DNA of 64,000 nt from Octopus vulgaris (Eukaryota): contig OX597820.1 in NCBI GenBank assembly GCA_951406725.2, positions 19,530,001 to 19,594,000 of the forward strand, read 5' to 3'. Each line of letters begins with the position of its first letter. Within the stretch, counting starts at the first letter, position 1. The notes under the pieces were generated by a model. It saw only the letters and a list, made by a program, of their open reading frames with translations, had not been told where the DNA came from and made no database searches. The position numbers and the translations under genes are program-made. Of the stretch, positions 24,930-38,526 are shown in pieces.

Positions 24930-25490
24930 GTGAGCTGGCAGAAACGCTAGCACGCTGGGCGAAATGCTTAGCGGTATTTCGTCTGCCGCTACGTTCTGAG
25001 TTCAAATTCCAACGTGGTCGACTTTGCCTTTCATCCTTTCGGGGTCGATTAAATAAATGCCAGTTATACACTGGGGTCGATATATTCGACTTAATCCGTT
25101 TGTCCTTTCTGTGTTTAGCTCCCTGTGGGTCGTAAAGAAATAGGTATTTCGTCTGCCGCTACGTTCTGAGTTCAAATTCCGCCGAGGTCGACTTTGCTTT
25201 CATCCTTTCGGGGTTGATTAAATAAATGCCAGTTACACACTGGGGTCGATATATTTGACTTAATCCGTTTGTCTGTCCTTGTTTGTCCCTTCTGTGTTTA
25301 GCTCCTTGTGGGTAGTAAAGAAATAGGTATTTCGTCTGTCTTTACATTCTGAGTTCAAATTCCACTAAGGTCAACTTTGCCTTTCATCCTTTTGGGGTCG
25401 ATAAATTAAGTACCAGTTGTGTACTGGGTCGATCTAATCGACTGGCGTCCCTCCCCCAAAGTTTTGGCCCGTGTGCCTAGAGTAGGAAAA
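24930..25490 (+). mobile_element. SINE family B tandem trimer
   Basis: The body restarts at GGTATTTCGTCTG at ~24973, 25143 and 25326. Confidence 0.9.
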
Positions 25491-25594
25491 TATATATATA
25501 TATATGTAGTGGTAAGTGTCCCCATGTGTTACATAGGAGAATGCGGTTCAATTTGCCACTGGAGAGGTAATGTACACTTTATATACATATATAT

Positions 25595-25758
25595 GACAGG
25601 CTTCTTTCAGTTTCCATCTACCAAATCCACTCACAAGGCTTTGGTCAGCCCAAGGCTATAGTAGAAGACATTTGCCCAAGGTGCCACGCAGTGGGAATGA
25701 ACCCGGAACCATGTGGTTTGTAAGCAAGCTACTTACCACACAGCCAATCCTGCACCTA
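25595..25758 (-). mobile_element. SINE family A, 5' half
   Basis: tRNA head and core match. Confidence 0.88.
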
Positions 25759-26724
25759 TTACTGTCACTTTCTCTTGTAAAAGTGTTATAAAGATGAACT
25801 TTGCAAAAAAGGGATGGTGTAATTCTTCAGTTTAATGCTAAATTGTATTTATAACTTGCCATGTGTGTGTACACACATGCACACAAACATATATCATTGC
25901 TGTGTGTATGTTTGTTAAACTAATCCTTTCGTGCCATAATAGTTTGGAGACATCTCTGCTTTGATTTAACGTTCATCTGCTACCTATTCACCAGTTGGTA
26001 CAGATGATTTGAGGCTGTCTCGTCATAGTAACTGTCGGAAAACGAGAAAGCTGCACCTGCATTATGTTTAATAGCTGGTCAATACTTTGCCCAATCTGAT
26101 TATTTCTCATGTGTGTCTGTGTGTCCGTGTTTTACGGTGTTTACTTTGTATGTAGGGCAGTGGTCGAAGATAGAAATGGAATTATGATTCTGTGAGCTTC
26201 TTAATAACGAGCAGGTATACATAAATGTGTGTATGTGTATCCGAGAACATGTATACACTTACATGAGTGAGAGAATTGCCGTGAAATGTAACAAGCAGGC
26301 CAATGCATGCGAACATGGTAAACAGGTGTAAAATAACAATCATAGCAACACACACACACACACACATGCATGCTCACCTAAAGTTTCCAAAGAGTAGCTT
26401 CTGTTTATCATTCTTGAAGATGTTCAGTTTATTTCCACGTGGTTGACAACTCTATTGATAACTGCCTTCTCTAACGTCATCTGGTTACCATGGCTCTGAA
26501 GTTGGAGTTGGAATCAGTTACTAGGTCAATTGGACTTCAAGTGGGTAAAAATGTACCAATTCTGATTTCAGCTAAATGGTAAAATTTACTGCATTTGATA
26601 ACATAAAAATGCACAAACGTATTAGATGCATGCAAATTTCTGCAGTGCATATTTAGGGAAAAAAAAGCTTGTAATAAAGGCATAACTTCACATATAGGAC
26701 TCGGTGTGGTTTTTGTTTTCTTTT

Positions 26725-27140
26725 ATTCTTTCTTTTATTCTTTTACTTGTTTCAGTCACTTGACTGCGGCCATGCTGGAGCACCGCCTTTAATCGAGCAA
26801 CTCGACCCCGGGACTTATTCTTTTGTAAGCCCAGTACTTATTCTACCAGTCTCTTTTGCCAAACCGCTAAGTAACGGGGACGTAAACACACCAGCATTGG
26901 TTGTCAAGCAATGCTAGGGGGACAAACACAGACACACAAACATACACGCACACACACATATATATACATATATACAACGGGCTTCTTTCAGTTTCCATCT
27001 ACCAAATCCACTCTCAAGGCATTGGTCGGCCCAGGGCTATAGCAGAAGGACACTTGCCCAAGGTGCCACGCAGTGGGACTGAACCCGGAACCATGTGGTT
27101 GGTTAGCAAGCTACTTACCACACAGCCACTCCTGCGCCTA
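26725..27140 (-). mobile_element. SINE family A, full length
   Basis: End-to-end match to the family. Confidence 0.93.
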
Positions 27141-27315
27141 TTCCTTTTATTATTATTTTTTTAAGGCATTTTTTAGTGAAGAAGTGGGGCTAAAAACTTA
27201 GACTTTATATGCTATTAAATACAGTAATATAGCATAATTTCTCCACCAACCACGGTCTGATGTGGAGTCTGTGAATTTGAGATTCAGATCATATTGGTTT
27301 GGTGAGCCTACTCTG

Positions 27316-27568
27316 AGGAATATTTGAAGGAAAGCGATGTGGTGGACAACGAAAAACCTGGCTGATGACAGTCAAGGCTGATCTGGAACCCAACCTAGGC
27401 CCCCATATCTACAGCGTTCGCCGCTGGAATAAGGAGTGGTTGGAGATCACGAGGTCGTAAGCCTCAAATCGCCAGGCCAGGTCGGCATTTGCAAGAGATG
27501 CAGCATTGAGGATGAATGAAGCCAGCTCAACCCACCCCGGGTGAATGCTGTAAGAAGAAGAAGAAGAA
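27316..27568 (+). mobile_element. 5'-truncated RTE-clade LINE with (GAA)n tail and 15-bp TSD
   Basis: Translation GGQRKTWLMTVKADLEPNLGPHIYSVRRWNKEWLEI; TSD GGTGAGCCTACTCTG at 27301-27315 and 27569-27583. Confidence 0.88.
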
Positions 27569-29167
27569 GGTGAGCCTACTCTGTTACACTGGTTCAACAT
27601 GGCTTGGCAGAGGGGTACAGTTTTTTTTATACTCATACCCAAGAGTACTTAAAGTCAATTACAATCAACCCCAGTGTTCAACCAGTACTTATTTTATCAG
27701 CCCTGAAAAAATGAAAGGCAGTCGACTGATGGAATTTGAACTCAGAATGTAAGGACAGACAAAATCCTGCTGAGCATTTCACCCAATGTGCTAATGGTTC
27801 TGCCAGCTTGCTGCGGTAATATAATGCATTAGAATTTCCAATTTCACAGATACTAATTTCAAAATAATCAAATCAGATTTAAGTGCTTCTATGCAAGGCC
27901 TGCTAGAAGCAATTGTTTCTAAGAACTAGATGTTAAGTAAATTTTGACATTTAAATTTTCAATTTAACCCCCTATTCTATAAATGCAATGTTTCTGGGTG
28001 CCGTTTTAAATAAATTTTGTAGGGATAATTTTTATTTCACAGAATCTTTTGTATTAAATTCACTTAAATTTTATACTTAAACAATGCTTTCATTTTGAAA
28101 AAGAAGGGTTTTGTATCTTAATTGAGTTTATTTCTTTTAAACTGGGCATGTGTTATGTTGCTTTAGGTGGTTCAGTCTTTTAGTTTTAATTTTGCTGTAT
28201 TTTTCAACTGGTAAAGATATTCCCGATTTTCTTTCTGGAATTTTGCATTCATTTTACTCTATAGAACTTAGAACATTTCATTTTTATCCTTGGATTGCAT
28301 GATCTTGAGGTGAACCCATACCATCATCATCATATGTCCATTGTCCAGGGCTGGCAAGCTGGAAGCCTGCGCCAGACTCCTGTCTAATTTGGCATGGTTT
28401 CTACAGCTGGATGCCCTTCCTAATGCCAACCATGAAACATTTTATTATATTTTTGGAGGGTCATTATGCCAGTAAACACACACACTGATTTTATTTCACT
28501 TCTTTTATTGTTAGTCAATTGGTTATCATTTAACCTATTAACAGGGACTCGGAATAGAGGGGTTATATCATTGATGAGGTTGCAAAGTATGATGAAAGGA
28601 TTTCAGTAAATATTGCTGATTAATTGATTGAATGATTAATCAAAGTCAGTTAGATAACTGGTTAAATGTTAACAAACTGGCTAATAATAATAATAATAAT
28701 AAGAGAAGTGAAATAGAAACAATGCATGAGTCTATTATTGGCACAATGACCTTCCCAAGGTACAACAAAATTACTCTGTAGACTTTCAATAAACACTCCC
28801 TCATCTTCTAAGCTGTTTTCACGGCCATTCTGCTTTCGGGGGTGTAATTTATTTTCTATAAAATACCAACTCATTCGGTGCTTCTAAGTTTGTTTATAAA
28901 ACATATATGTATATCGTGAGTGAATGTAACACCCTAACCAATGCACTCATGATTAACAGATCTTGGGTTCAATTCCTGCAGGTGGTACATTGTGTTCTTG
29001 AGCAAAACTCTTCATTTCATGTTGCTTTGCAATCATTTCAGCATCTGATGTTTGGACACAATGCCAATCCTTTGTGCAGGTCATTCAGCAAAAGCTGAAC
29101 TCTCATATGTCGTCTTCAACAGGAGAGTCCATCACATATGTAATTAATAAAGGTAACAGTAATTGAA

Positions 29168-29410
29168 GGTAGCGAGCTGGTAGAAGCGTTAGCATGTTGG
29201 GTGAAATGCTTAACGATGTTTCGTTTGCTGTTATGTTTGAGGTCAAATTCCGCTGAGGTCGACTTTGCCTTTCATCCTTTCAGCACTAGTTATGTACTGG
29301 GGTTGATGTAATTGACTTAATCCCTTTGTCTGTCCTTGTTTGTCCCCTCTATGTTTAGCCCCTTGTGGGCAATAAAGAAATAAGAAACATTAGCATGTCG
29401 GGCAAAATGT
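29168..29410 (+). mobile_element. SINE family B
   Basis: Head and Meta domain, plus the start of a second unit. Confidence 0.85.
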
Positions 29411-30340
29411 GAGGATCGCAGTTTTCTGTATCTGAACAATGACCTTTGCTGTCTGACAACCAGTAGCCCCAGACACATACGCACTCCCAGACATATATTT
29501 TTATCTAGATTTTATTTGCAAATCTATACAAAAATAATTACCACGGTCTGGTTTGATAAAGACCACCGATTATTTATGCTGGCTTGAGAAAGACCCCAGG
29601 TTTCATATATATGTTATATAAAATCTGTTCTGTGTGTGTGTGTCTTCTAGGATCTCGGGCATCCTCCATCCGATTGTGCTCAAATTTGATATACACTTGC
29701 GTCAGAAATTAATTAGCACTTCTCAAATTTCTACATTAAATAGGTTAAATGAATTAACCTATGAGCTGTTCAAAACGTCTTACGCGATGAGAAAACTTAG
29801 TACGGTGTGATTTCGGTCCTTGCGAGGCGCTACCTATATCTATTAAACAAAGGAAGATTTGTCTGCATCCGCACTCCAAGTTGTTGTTGCACTGCTATGT
29901 CAACATCATAAGGCTGTAGACTCTCAAACTGCTCTGCAAACAAAGTTACGTCATCGTTCTGCGCAACAGTGAACTCGCAACAAAGCAATAGTTCGAGATA
30001 TGGCCACTAGGTGACAGCACATACCCTGAGTGAAGAGCAAATCAAGGGTGCTAAATAATTTCTGACGGTATCAGTCTTGAAAAAATTGCAAAAATCGATT
30101 CCAGGTGAGAATGCGATCGATGAAGCCGTGGGAATGTGCATTTGTAAAATCGTTTTTCTTGGAATAGAAAAAAAGTCTATCATTATTTCTTCTTTTGCTG
30201 GTGTCTCAAATTTAGGTTAAATCAGTGTTTCTCAAAGGGGGAGGCTTATGAGACGGTCAGACAAGCTGGTTTGTGAAAATTTGGTTTAAATGTTTGACAA
30301 CTCAGCACTGTCCATTGGACGAGGAGAGGGACGTTTTGCT

Positions 30341-30372
<32 letters not shown>

Positions 30373-31425
30373 CACAGACACGCACATAAACATGCACACT
30401 ATGTCTCATGGCAGTGTCTATTTCTCTGAAATTATTGGCCAAATGCAGTCTGTTGAGAATGTCCGTCATTGAAATTTGTAATCCATATAGATCGTAGGTT
30501 TTAGCACTTAGAATACTGCATTACTGAGCTTGCCACAAGGTTTGTGAAGCTCTTTGGAATGGTCTACCTGACTAGCAAATGTATCAGGTAATTGAATTAC
30601 ACATTCAACAGATTTAATTATAATTAACCTTTCAAAAGATTATGACTTACAAGTACCATTGTGTTTACCAACTTTCAGAACATCAGACAATATAAAAGTG
30701 CAGTGATCTCATTCTTTCTGATATTTCTCCAAGACTGAGGATTTCAATTCACATGTTTTATTTCAGTTTAACATATCAAATTAATATAATTGAGACATTT
30801 TCAACAACTAAAACATGAAGTCTAGAATATAAACTTGATTTTGAAATTCAATTAGAAAAATAATTTTTCTGTTTGTTTTCCTTTTTTTTTTTTTTTTCCC
30901 TCTCCAATTTGAATTTTTGCTTTGTATTAAATTTTGTTTGAAGTTTAAATTTAAAAAGTCAAGAAGAATCCAAGTTTGAAAATAATACTTAAATTCTGAA
31001 ATAAAATCTTTTTAAACATTCACAATTGTACTCTAACCCTTCAATAGGTGAATAGTTACTAGACTGTAGACTCCAATAAATATAAACAAAAGGATACGAG
31101 GAAACCAGCAGTGACTCCATGTTAGCATTTAATGAGAATAAACAGTTGAAAAGTGGAGTAAATTGGTTTGCTGTGAGGAAGAGCAGGCGAAAAGCTAATG
31201 TTTGCAGCAGTAGCCCTCCTTAAGGCTGTGTTTTTAAATAAACTCTACCACTTTTATCACAGTCTTAATAAAAGCATGTTGTTGTATTTGCTTCAATCAG
31301 CCAAACTGGAGAAATCAATATTTTTACTATTTTACAGTTAGGCTGGGCATTCAATTGTAAACTATTCCGCTCCAGCGGTTCTTGTTAATACTTTAGATTC
31401 GTAAAACCATCCAGTCAGTACAAGA

Positions 31426-31516
31426 ATGGAAACGGGGAAAGGTGTAATAAGGGAATCGAGAAGAAATGGACTGTGGTCAAGACACTTAGTTCTCTCGATT
31501 ATAGTTCACCTTAACT
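31426..31516 (+). CDS. Candidate first coding exon METGKGVIRESRRNGLWSRHLVLSIIVHLN (phase 1), unknown gene
   Basis: AGA-ATG-G Kozak-like context, open to a GTAAGT donor, upstream TTTAG acceptor at 31396, within a repeat-free island. No homology recognised. Confidence 0.25.
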
Positions 31517-32204
31517 GTAAGTAGGTAAAGTGGAAGAGTCCATTGCTACAGTTAGGTGTAACAGCACTCGTTGTCATCATCATCATCATTTTTCAATGTC
31601 CATTTTTTTACATGCTTGCATGTATTGGACAGAGTTTATTGGAGGCAGATTTTCTGTGACTGGGTGCTTTTCCTGTCATCAACCCTCACCTGTTTTGAAA
31701 CGAAGTAATATTTATTTCCCTGTGGCCAGACATGTTTTCATAGAATATTGGATTTGAATGACAGTGACGCTCTTTTATAACTATTATGTGATGTCAAGAT
31801 AAAGGAACAAACACACACACACAAACACACTATGGGCTTCTTTCAGTTTCCATCTACCAAATCCACTTGACCAGTCTTGAAACTTTAGTAGAAGACACTT
31901 GCCCAAGGAACCATGCAGTGGGACTGAATACAGAACAATGTGGTTGGGAAGCAAACTTCCTGATGGCACAACGGCATCTGTGCCTCTAAATTAAATAGTG
32001 AAACTTGTGAGGGTTTAGTTGTGAGTTCTACCCTTCTTTTGAGTCCACAAAAACATGATAAAGCTACTCCATTGCACCTCACCCTTGAATATCTACACAA
32101 GTGATTCTCAACCGTTTTTTTTTTTTTTTGTTTTTTTTTACCTCTTTCATTCCTGTTTTATTTGAATAAACTCTCCTAGTTATTCAATATTTATACCTTC
32201 AGCA

Positions 32205-32630
32205 CCTTTAGCATTCGGATTATTGTCAAGTGTAATGCTTGTTTATTCACATTGTTTTCAATGCATTATCTCGTAGCTCTGAGATTTCAATGATGTGATT
32301 GTTTATTAGAATTGCATTGCTGGATAAGTGTAAGAGGTCAAATCTAGCTGGTTTGAAGGCAGAAAGCAGATAGAATATTTGGGCCAGATATAGCTGGTTT
32401 AACCCTTTCGTTACTGTATTTCTGTTGAGATGTTCAGTGTTTCTTTCAATTACTTTAAATATAACAAAGAATTTAGTAAAATTACTTAGTTATCATTAAG
32501 TTAGTGTTAGGAACATAAATTGTGACTAAGGTTTGGTGGAAGATTTTAATTCAATACTTACGAAAACAAGACCTTTGTACTCAGAGCCAGAGCCGGTTTG
32601 GTAACGAAAGGGTTAAATGCTAAAAGCTTT
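32205..32630. mobile_element. piggyBac-type MITE family E carrying a nested family D MITE (32399-32616)
   Basis: D sits in the subterminal TTAA of E, with TTAA duplicated at 32399-32402 and 32613-32616. Confidence 0.88.
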
Positions 32631-33085
32631 AAAAAAAACCATTTTTATAATTAAATATTAGGAATTGTATTATAAAAAAAATGAAAATTTTGTGTATTGT
32701 CGAAGTATAACTGATTTAATGCAGATAAAATTTTAATGACAAAAATCTATATCAGACCTACATATATGGTCCTAAGTTGAGAACCCCTGATCTATATGAA
32801 AACTAGTTCTTGAGAGGATTTTGGGCTCTTCTTCTTTAGCATTATGATACTAATACAGTTGCATGATCTATCAACTTTCAGTATAGTTCATTAAAGAATT
32901 AATTAATTAATCAACACCACGATTCTCATCAACGACCAATCAAATACACCCTGACAATTTATTTGGAACTATTCACATCTTATTTTAATCGACCGTTTTA
33001 CTTCTTTGCAGTTGTGTTTCCGTATTCAATCTATTTCTCATCTTCAGTAGCTTCTTACTGAATTTCGTTTTACTTTATTTTGTAG

Positions 33086-33164
33086 GACTGCCAACCCTCC
33101 TAGTTCGGAAAACCTTGGGATGATTTAAAGATCCCTGGTCAAGATGGTTTTCCATAAAATGAAG
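33086..33164 (+). other. Candidate exon (5'UTR plus ATG at 33144, MVFHKMK, phase 0)
   Basis: Strong acceptor TTTTACTTTATTTTGTAG and donor AAG|GTAACT in unique sequence. All three frames are closed before the ATG. Confidence 0.35.
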
Positions 33165-34342
33165 GTAACTTTTACTATTTGAAAATTATTACTAACTAAA
33201 CTTTATCGTCTTATATAACACATACACACATGCATATGTATATATGTGTATATTTGTATATACATATATATGTATACGTTTATATATATATATCTATATG
33301 TTTATATATATATGTGCATATGTATGTATGGATATATATATGTATGTATATGAATGAATGTGTGTATATGTGTGTATGCATATATTTATATACACACACT
33401 CATACATACACACACAAATGTTAATGTGAGAAGGGAGTCAATAAATGGGGTTTATCCAAATTCTGACTACCTTTTCTACTTAACATATAGATTGTAGTGG
33501 TCACAGGTTTTATATGTATACATATGTATACACATACACACACACACATCTTTTCTTGTGATTTTCCTCTCATAAATTACTTGGTCCTCTTTAGCTAAGG
33601 AAGTTTGATATTTCACGGTGCAAACAGTGACACTTGAAACGGATCGTGTTCATCTAACTGCAATATATTTTAATTTGTAGACAAGCCAGCAGTTATTAAT
33701 ATCTAACCTAGTTGAGACAGCGGTTGAAGACTAACACTACGAACCAATGGATCGATCTATGGATCACGTCCCATTATGAGAACAGCGTTATATCTGTAAA
33801 TAGTTTAACTCTAGATGCAGCGCTTGTCTGCTTTCTCTATGATAAGGGTTTTAGTGGCCTTCATGACTGTGCCAAAATCTGATTGTAGATATAGATATTA
33901 GCCCAGAGATGCTCTCTCTGAAGACAATAGTGCTAATCACCCATTGATGGATACATTTCAGATAAAGTCTATACATTTTCTTTTTGTTTGTGTGTGATAT
34001 AAAGAAAGATCCTTTGATTTCATGGTGATATTTATTTAGGTAATAGAACAACTAGGACTAGCTTTTTCCTGCTCCCTAATTCGATGACTTCAATAATTAT
34101 AATAAATATTTTGAAATTAGGTACAGGCGTGGCTACCTTGTAGGAAGTTTGCTTCCGAACCACATGGTTCTAAGTTCAGTCCCACTGTTTTGCACCTTGG
34201 GCAAGTAAATGTCTTTTCTTGTAGCACAGTACTGACTAATGCTTTGTGAATGGTTTTGGTGGAGAGAAACTGAAAGAAGCCCATTGTGTATATATATGTG
34301 TCTGTGTGTATATTTATATATACATATACTCACATACTTATA

Positions 34343-34390
34343 AAGAGTGGGCCAAAAGTCAGCCACCAAAACATTTGATATTTTATTACA

Positions 34391-34440
<50 letters not shown>

Positions 34441-34585
34441 TAGTTTTATTTTTATATCATGCTTTCATTTCACTACCGAGTGCAGCTCTGTGTGCCTTGG
34501 GTATGTGTTGTGATTTGTTGTGATGCTCTTATGGTTACTGTATTGAAAGTGTTTTGAGTAGGATACAGTAACCATCAGAGCACCA

Positions 34586-34629
<44 letters not shown>

Positions 34630-34769
34630 GTTTTATTCATCACATACAAGTATATGAATATTCACCATCATTTTATCTATTTTATTCAATTTTAGAAAAA
34701 TTAAAGCAGGTCTTTGACAATTCTAGAGTGTATTGAAATTATTTTGTGCGTGATTTTTGGCCCGCCCTG
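34343..34769. mobile_element. Tc1/mariner-type MITE containing (ATT)n arrays and a LINE fragment
   Basis: Decayed TIRs AGAGTGGGCCAAAAGTCA / TGATTTTTGGCCCGCCCTG, related to the 37087 TIRs. Confidence 0.6.
34437..34587 (-). mobile_element. 3' end of an R4/Dong-like LINE inserted in (TAA)n
   Basis: Minus strand ILLKTLSIQ* then a 3'UTR running into (TAA)n, flanked on both sides by ATT arrays. Dong/R4 elements are known to target TAA repeats. Confidence 0.55.
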
Positions 34770-35980
34770 TGTGTGTGTGTATGTTGCTGTTGCCTGGGCT
34801 TGACATTGTGTGATAGTTGTCCTTCATATCCAATCTTCTGTGAAAAACATGTCTGGTCATGGGGAAATATTACCTTGCTTGGAAACAGGTGAGGGCTGGG
34901 CGATACAAAGTGTTTCCAGCTACAGGAAATCCACCTTCAGCAAAATTCCATCTGACCCATGCAAGCATGGAAAAGTGGATGCTGAAAATCGATGCCGAAT
35001 TTAAAATTACAAAACGCAGGCTTGTAAAACTTAGGAGAGGCAGCTTTTAATTATCCGCCCACTTTTGCATCATCATATCGTTTCTACACCAGTAATTGCG
35101 ATTTTGTGTGATTTAATCATAACTGTTGGGCAAGAATTTCTTTTAAAGTACAGAACCAAAACAAAGAAGAGAAAAACGAAGCTGTTGCTTTGCAACTGTG
35201 TTGGATTTCAAAACCATTTCTCAAATCTCTTTGTTTGCCGTGTAACTTTACTACAAAGACTAAACTTGTGTTGATTTGATTAACTTTTCAGATGTTATAT
35301 AATAAGAAGTTATTGATGTCATCAATAACTACTCAGAGCATGTTATCTGTAGTTTTGTCTGCAAAGATGTATAGCAATAATAATGATAATAATAATGCTG
35401 ATGATGATAATGATAATGTTTCACAGAAATTCTGCGTTCATTTCAGCATTATCAATTTGCCTGCGCAAAGAGGCAGGGGTGTAGTATATTATTATAATAA
35501 TGATGATGGTGATGATGATATTGATAGTAAAAATAATAATAATAACAATAATGATAATAATAATAATAATGATAATGATAATAACTTTTAAGCTACTGAG
35601 CAAAATAATTTTTCGGATGAGAGTTTTGGCGTGATTCAAAGTCTAGCACAAGATATATGCACACACGCACACACACACACACATGTATGCACACGCACAC
35701 ATACTCATGCACATGGGTGTGTTTGTTTTTTTTTTTCTCTCCCCCCCCCTCCTGTTGGAAATTCCCATTGTGGCCGTTTGTAAAGAGTGCCATTGTATGC
35801 TCGGTAGTTATCGACGATAAGTATATTAAGGTGGTGATTGGTAATTAAATGAGTGTCTAATAAATTGGTTGAATGCGACTCGGACTATAGTGTCCGTTTA
35901 TGCTTCTGAATGGAGAAAAGCTTCATTGCATCCTGTCTTTTTAAAAAGTGGCAGAGGAGAGAATGTGTTAGAACAGTAAG

Positions 35981-36013
<33 letters not shown>

Positions 36014-37086
36014 TATATGGAGAGACAGAGAGAGAGAGAGAGAGAGGTAGATATACACATAAGAAGGCTTGCTTAACAGTTGTTGCTTCAGCAATTGGCA
36101 TTTTTCTACCTCTGGTGGCTTGTGTCTCGAAATGCGAAGTGACTCATTCCTTATCTTCAGCAAATTTCAGTTTCAACTTAAGCTTCTCCATTCAAAGACA
36201 ATCTCATCTAATATCTCCTCTGAACCATACATTTATTTCATTTTTTATATATATATATATATCTTTATTTTCGTTTTTATTTTTATTTTTATTTAATTTT
36301 ATTCTCTTTCTGATTCATCCATTAGGCTAGATGCAATTTTATCCAAGTTTCTCACAATCATATGTTTTCTCACAAACAGTATATTTTTCTATATTGCTAC
36401 ACACATCTCTCAAAAACTGGGTGTTTGCTCTTGATTTTATTTATTATTATCATTATTTCTTGTTCGAATTCCGTCAAGGTCAGCTTAGCCTTTCTATGCT
36501 TCAGGATCAATAAAATAAGTTCCAGTTCGACACTAGGGTCAACATAATCGATTTAGCCCCTCCCTAAAATTGCTATATTTTGTAGCTATTGTTTCTCGAG
36601 TCTAGACATGGCTTTGTGGTTAGATAGCTTGCTTCTTAACTATTTGGCTCTGGGTTCAGTTCTACTGTGTGGCACCTCGAGCACCTAGGGAGTAGATTTA
36701 ATAAACAGAAAGTGGAAGATGCCCATCATGTATATAAGGGTGTTCGGGTTGGTGTGCCCTCGTCTTAACATCTTGTGATTGTTGTAAAGGAGTGTCACTG
36801 TCATACAAGCAGTGTCCTTCATTTCTGTGTAAACATGTCTAGCAATGGAAAAAATATTACCTTAGCTGCAAATAGGCGTGGTTTGGCAACAGGAAGGGCA
36901 TCTAGCCATAGAAAATTTTTCCCCAACTAATTCTGCCCGACCCATGCAAGCATGGAAAAGTGGCTATTAAAACAATGATGATGGTATATACAAATTATTA
37001 GACTTGCTAATCAAAGTATCTCAATACTGATCCTTAGTGATGTTTGTTCTGGTCTTGTTACTGACATTGTATTGTGCTTTTATATA

Positions 37087-37318
37087 CAAGGTTGGCCAAA
37101 AGTCACCTGGCAGTAAATCAAAACCATTTAATTCCAAGATTTTTTTATGATGGAATGAATTTAATAAAAGCATCTAAATATAAAACATCATGAAAATTGA
37201 AATTGTTGAAACTGAAGTCCTCCTTGAGCGACACATTTTTCCATTCGTGTCAATACAGAATTACAGATAGTGTTTACGAAATTTTGATTTACTGTTGGGT
37301 GACTTTTGGCCAACCCTG
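37087..37318 (-). mobile_element. Tc1/mariner MITE with a transposase C-terminal remnant
   Basis: TA TSD; TIRs CA(A/G)GGTTGGCCAAAAGTCACC...CAGTAAATCAAAA; minus-strand ICNSVLTRMEKCVAQGGLQFQ. Confidence 0.85.
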
Positions 37319-37324
37319 TATATA

Positions 37325-37530
37325 TTGCTTTCATATTTTGACACAAGGCCAGCAATTCTGGAGGAGGGGTGTAAGTCAATTACATCTACCTTGGTCTTCA
37401 GCTGGTACCTATTTTATCAACCCCAAAAGGACGAAAGGCAAAGTGGGATTTGAACTCAGAACGTAAAGATGGATGAAATGCCGCTAAGCATTTTGTCCGT
37501 TGTGCTAACAATTCTGCCAGCTTGCCACCT
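37325..37530 (-). mobile_element. SINE family B
   Basis: Meta domain and head on the reverse strand. Confidence 0.8.
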
Positions 37531-38526
37531 TCATACCTTTATACATATTGTCATCATCATCAATGCCTTATACTACGTTATGTGCCAAGTATTTCGGCAC
37601 CATACTCACTGACTGTCCAATGTTTCTTTGTACATTCCTCTCAATCATAAGTTTGTTCATCTTTGTTCTGATCTACAATTGAGGACCTTTTGTCAACAGT
37701 CATCATGACTGAAGGTTAATGATAGAAGTAATTGATTAATATGCTATGTATCATTGTCTTATAAATATTTCTTCTGATACTTATCTTGGTTCCGGCACAC
37801 AACATTCTTCAACATGATTCTGTCTGAGAGGTTGAAAGATCTGATATCACTTCCTCAAGCCAAATACCCAAACTAGTGGAAGGAAGGAAGAAAGGAAACT
37901 GTCTTATTGTTCCATTCTTCATTGTATTTCAATCGTCTGTCATTGTTTAGTGTTTCAAGACATCTTGCTTTTGTCTCACTTTTGGATCGACAATTGAATT
38001 CTTCATTTCCTGGCTGAAACATTGGTATGGAGGACACTATCTTGTTATTAAGACTCATCATCATCTTTATTTTAGCATCTGCTTTTTTTAATGCTTGCAT
38101 GGGTTGGACAGAATTTGTTCAGACAGATTTTTCCAGGGCTGATACTCTTCCTGTTGCCAACCTTTGCCTGGGATATTTCCCCAACCCCAGACATGTTTCC
38201 ATGGAAGATTAGAAATGAAAGGCACCTCTTAACATGACCGTGGCCCTCACTCACAGTTGTCATGTGATGTTGAGAGGCAAGGAGACAAGGATCCACAAAA
38301 CCTGCCCCGTTTTTGAGATGTTTGTGGCAATATAGAAAAATATACTGTTTGTGAGAAAACATGATTGTCAGAAACTTGGATAAAATTGCATCTAGCCTAA
38401 TGGATGAATCAGAAAGAGAATATAATTAAATAAGTAAAAATGAAATAAAATATAATTGCTGGCATTGTGCTATAATTTGTAACTATTATTATTTCTTGAG
38501 TATATTATTAACTATTATTGTTTCTT

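Noticed and set aside
35370-35590. Asn/Asp-rich protein-coding region
   Set aside because: (AAT/GAT)n low-complexity repeat with no splice or domain support.
37560-38010. Additional decayed RTE fragment on the minus strand
   Set aside because: Only a faint resemblance to RTE motifs, too degraded to support.
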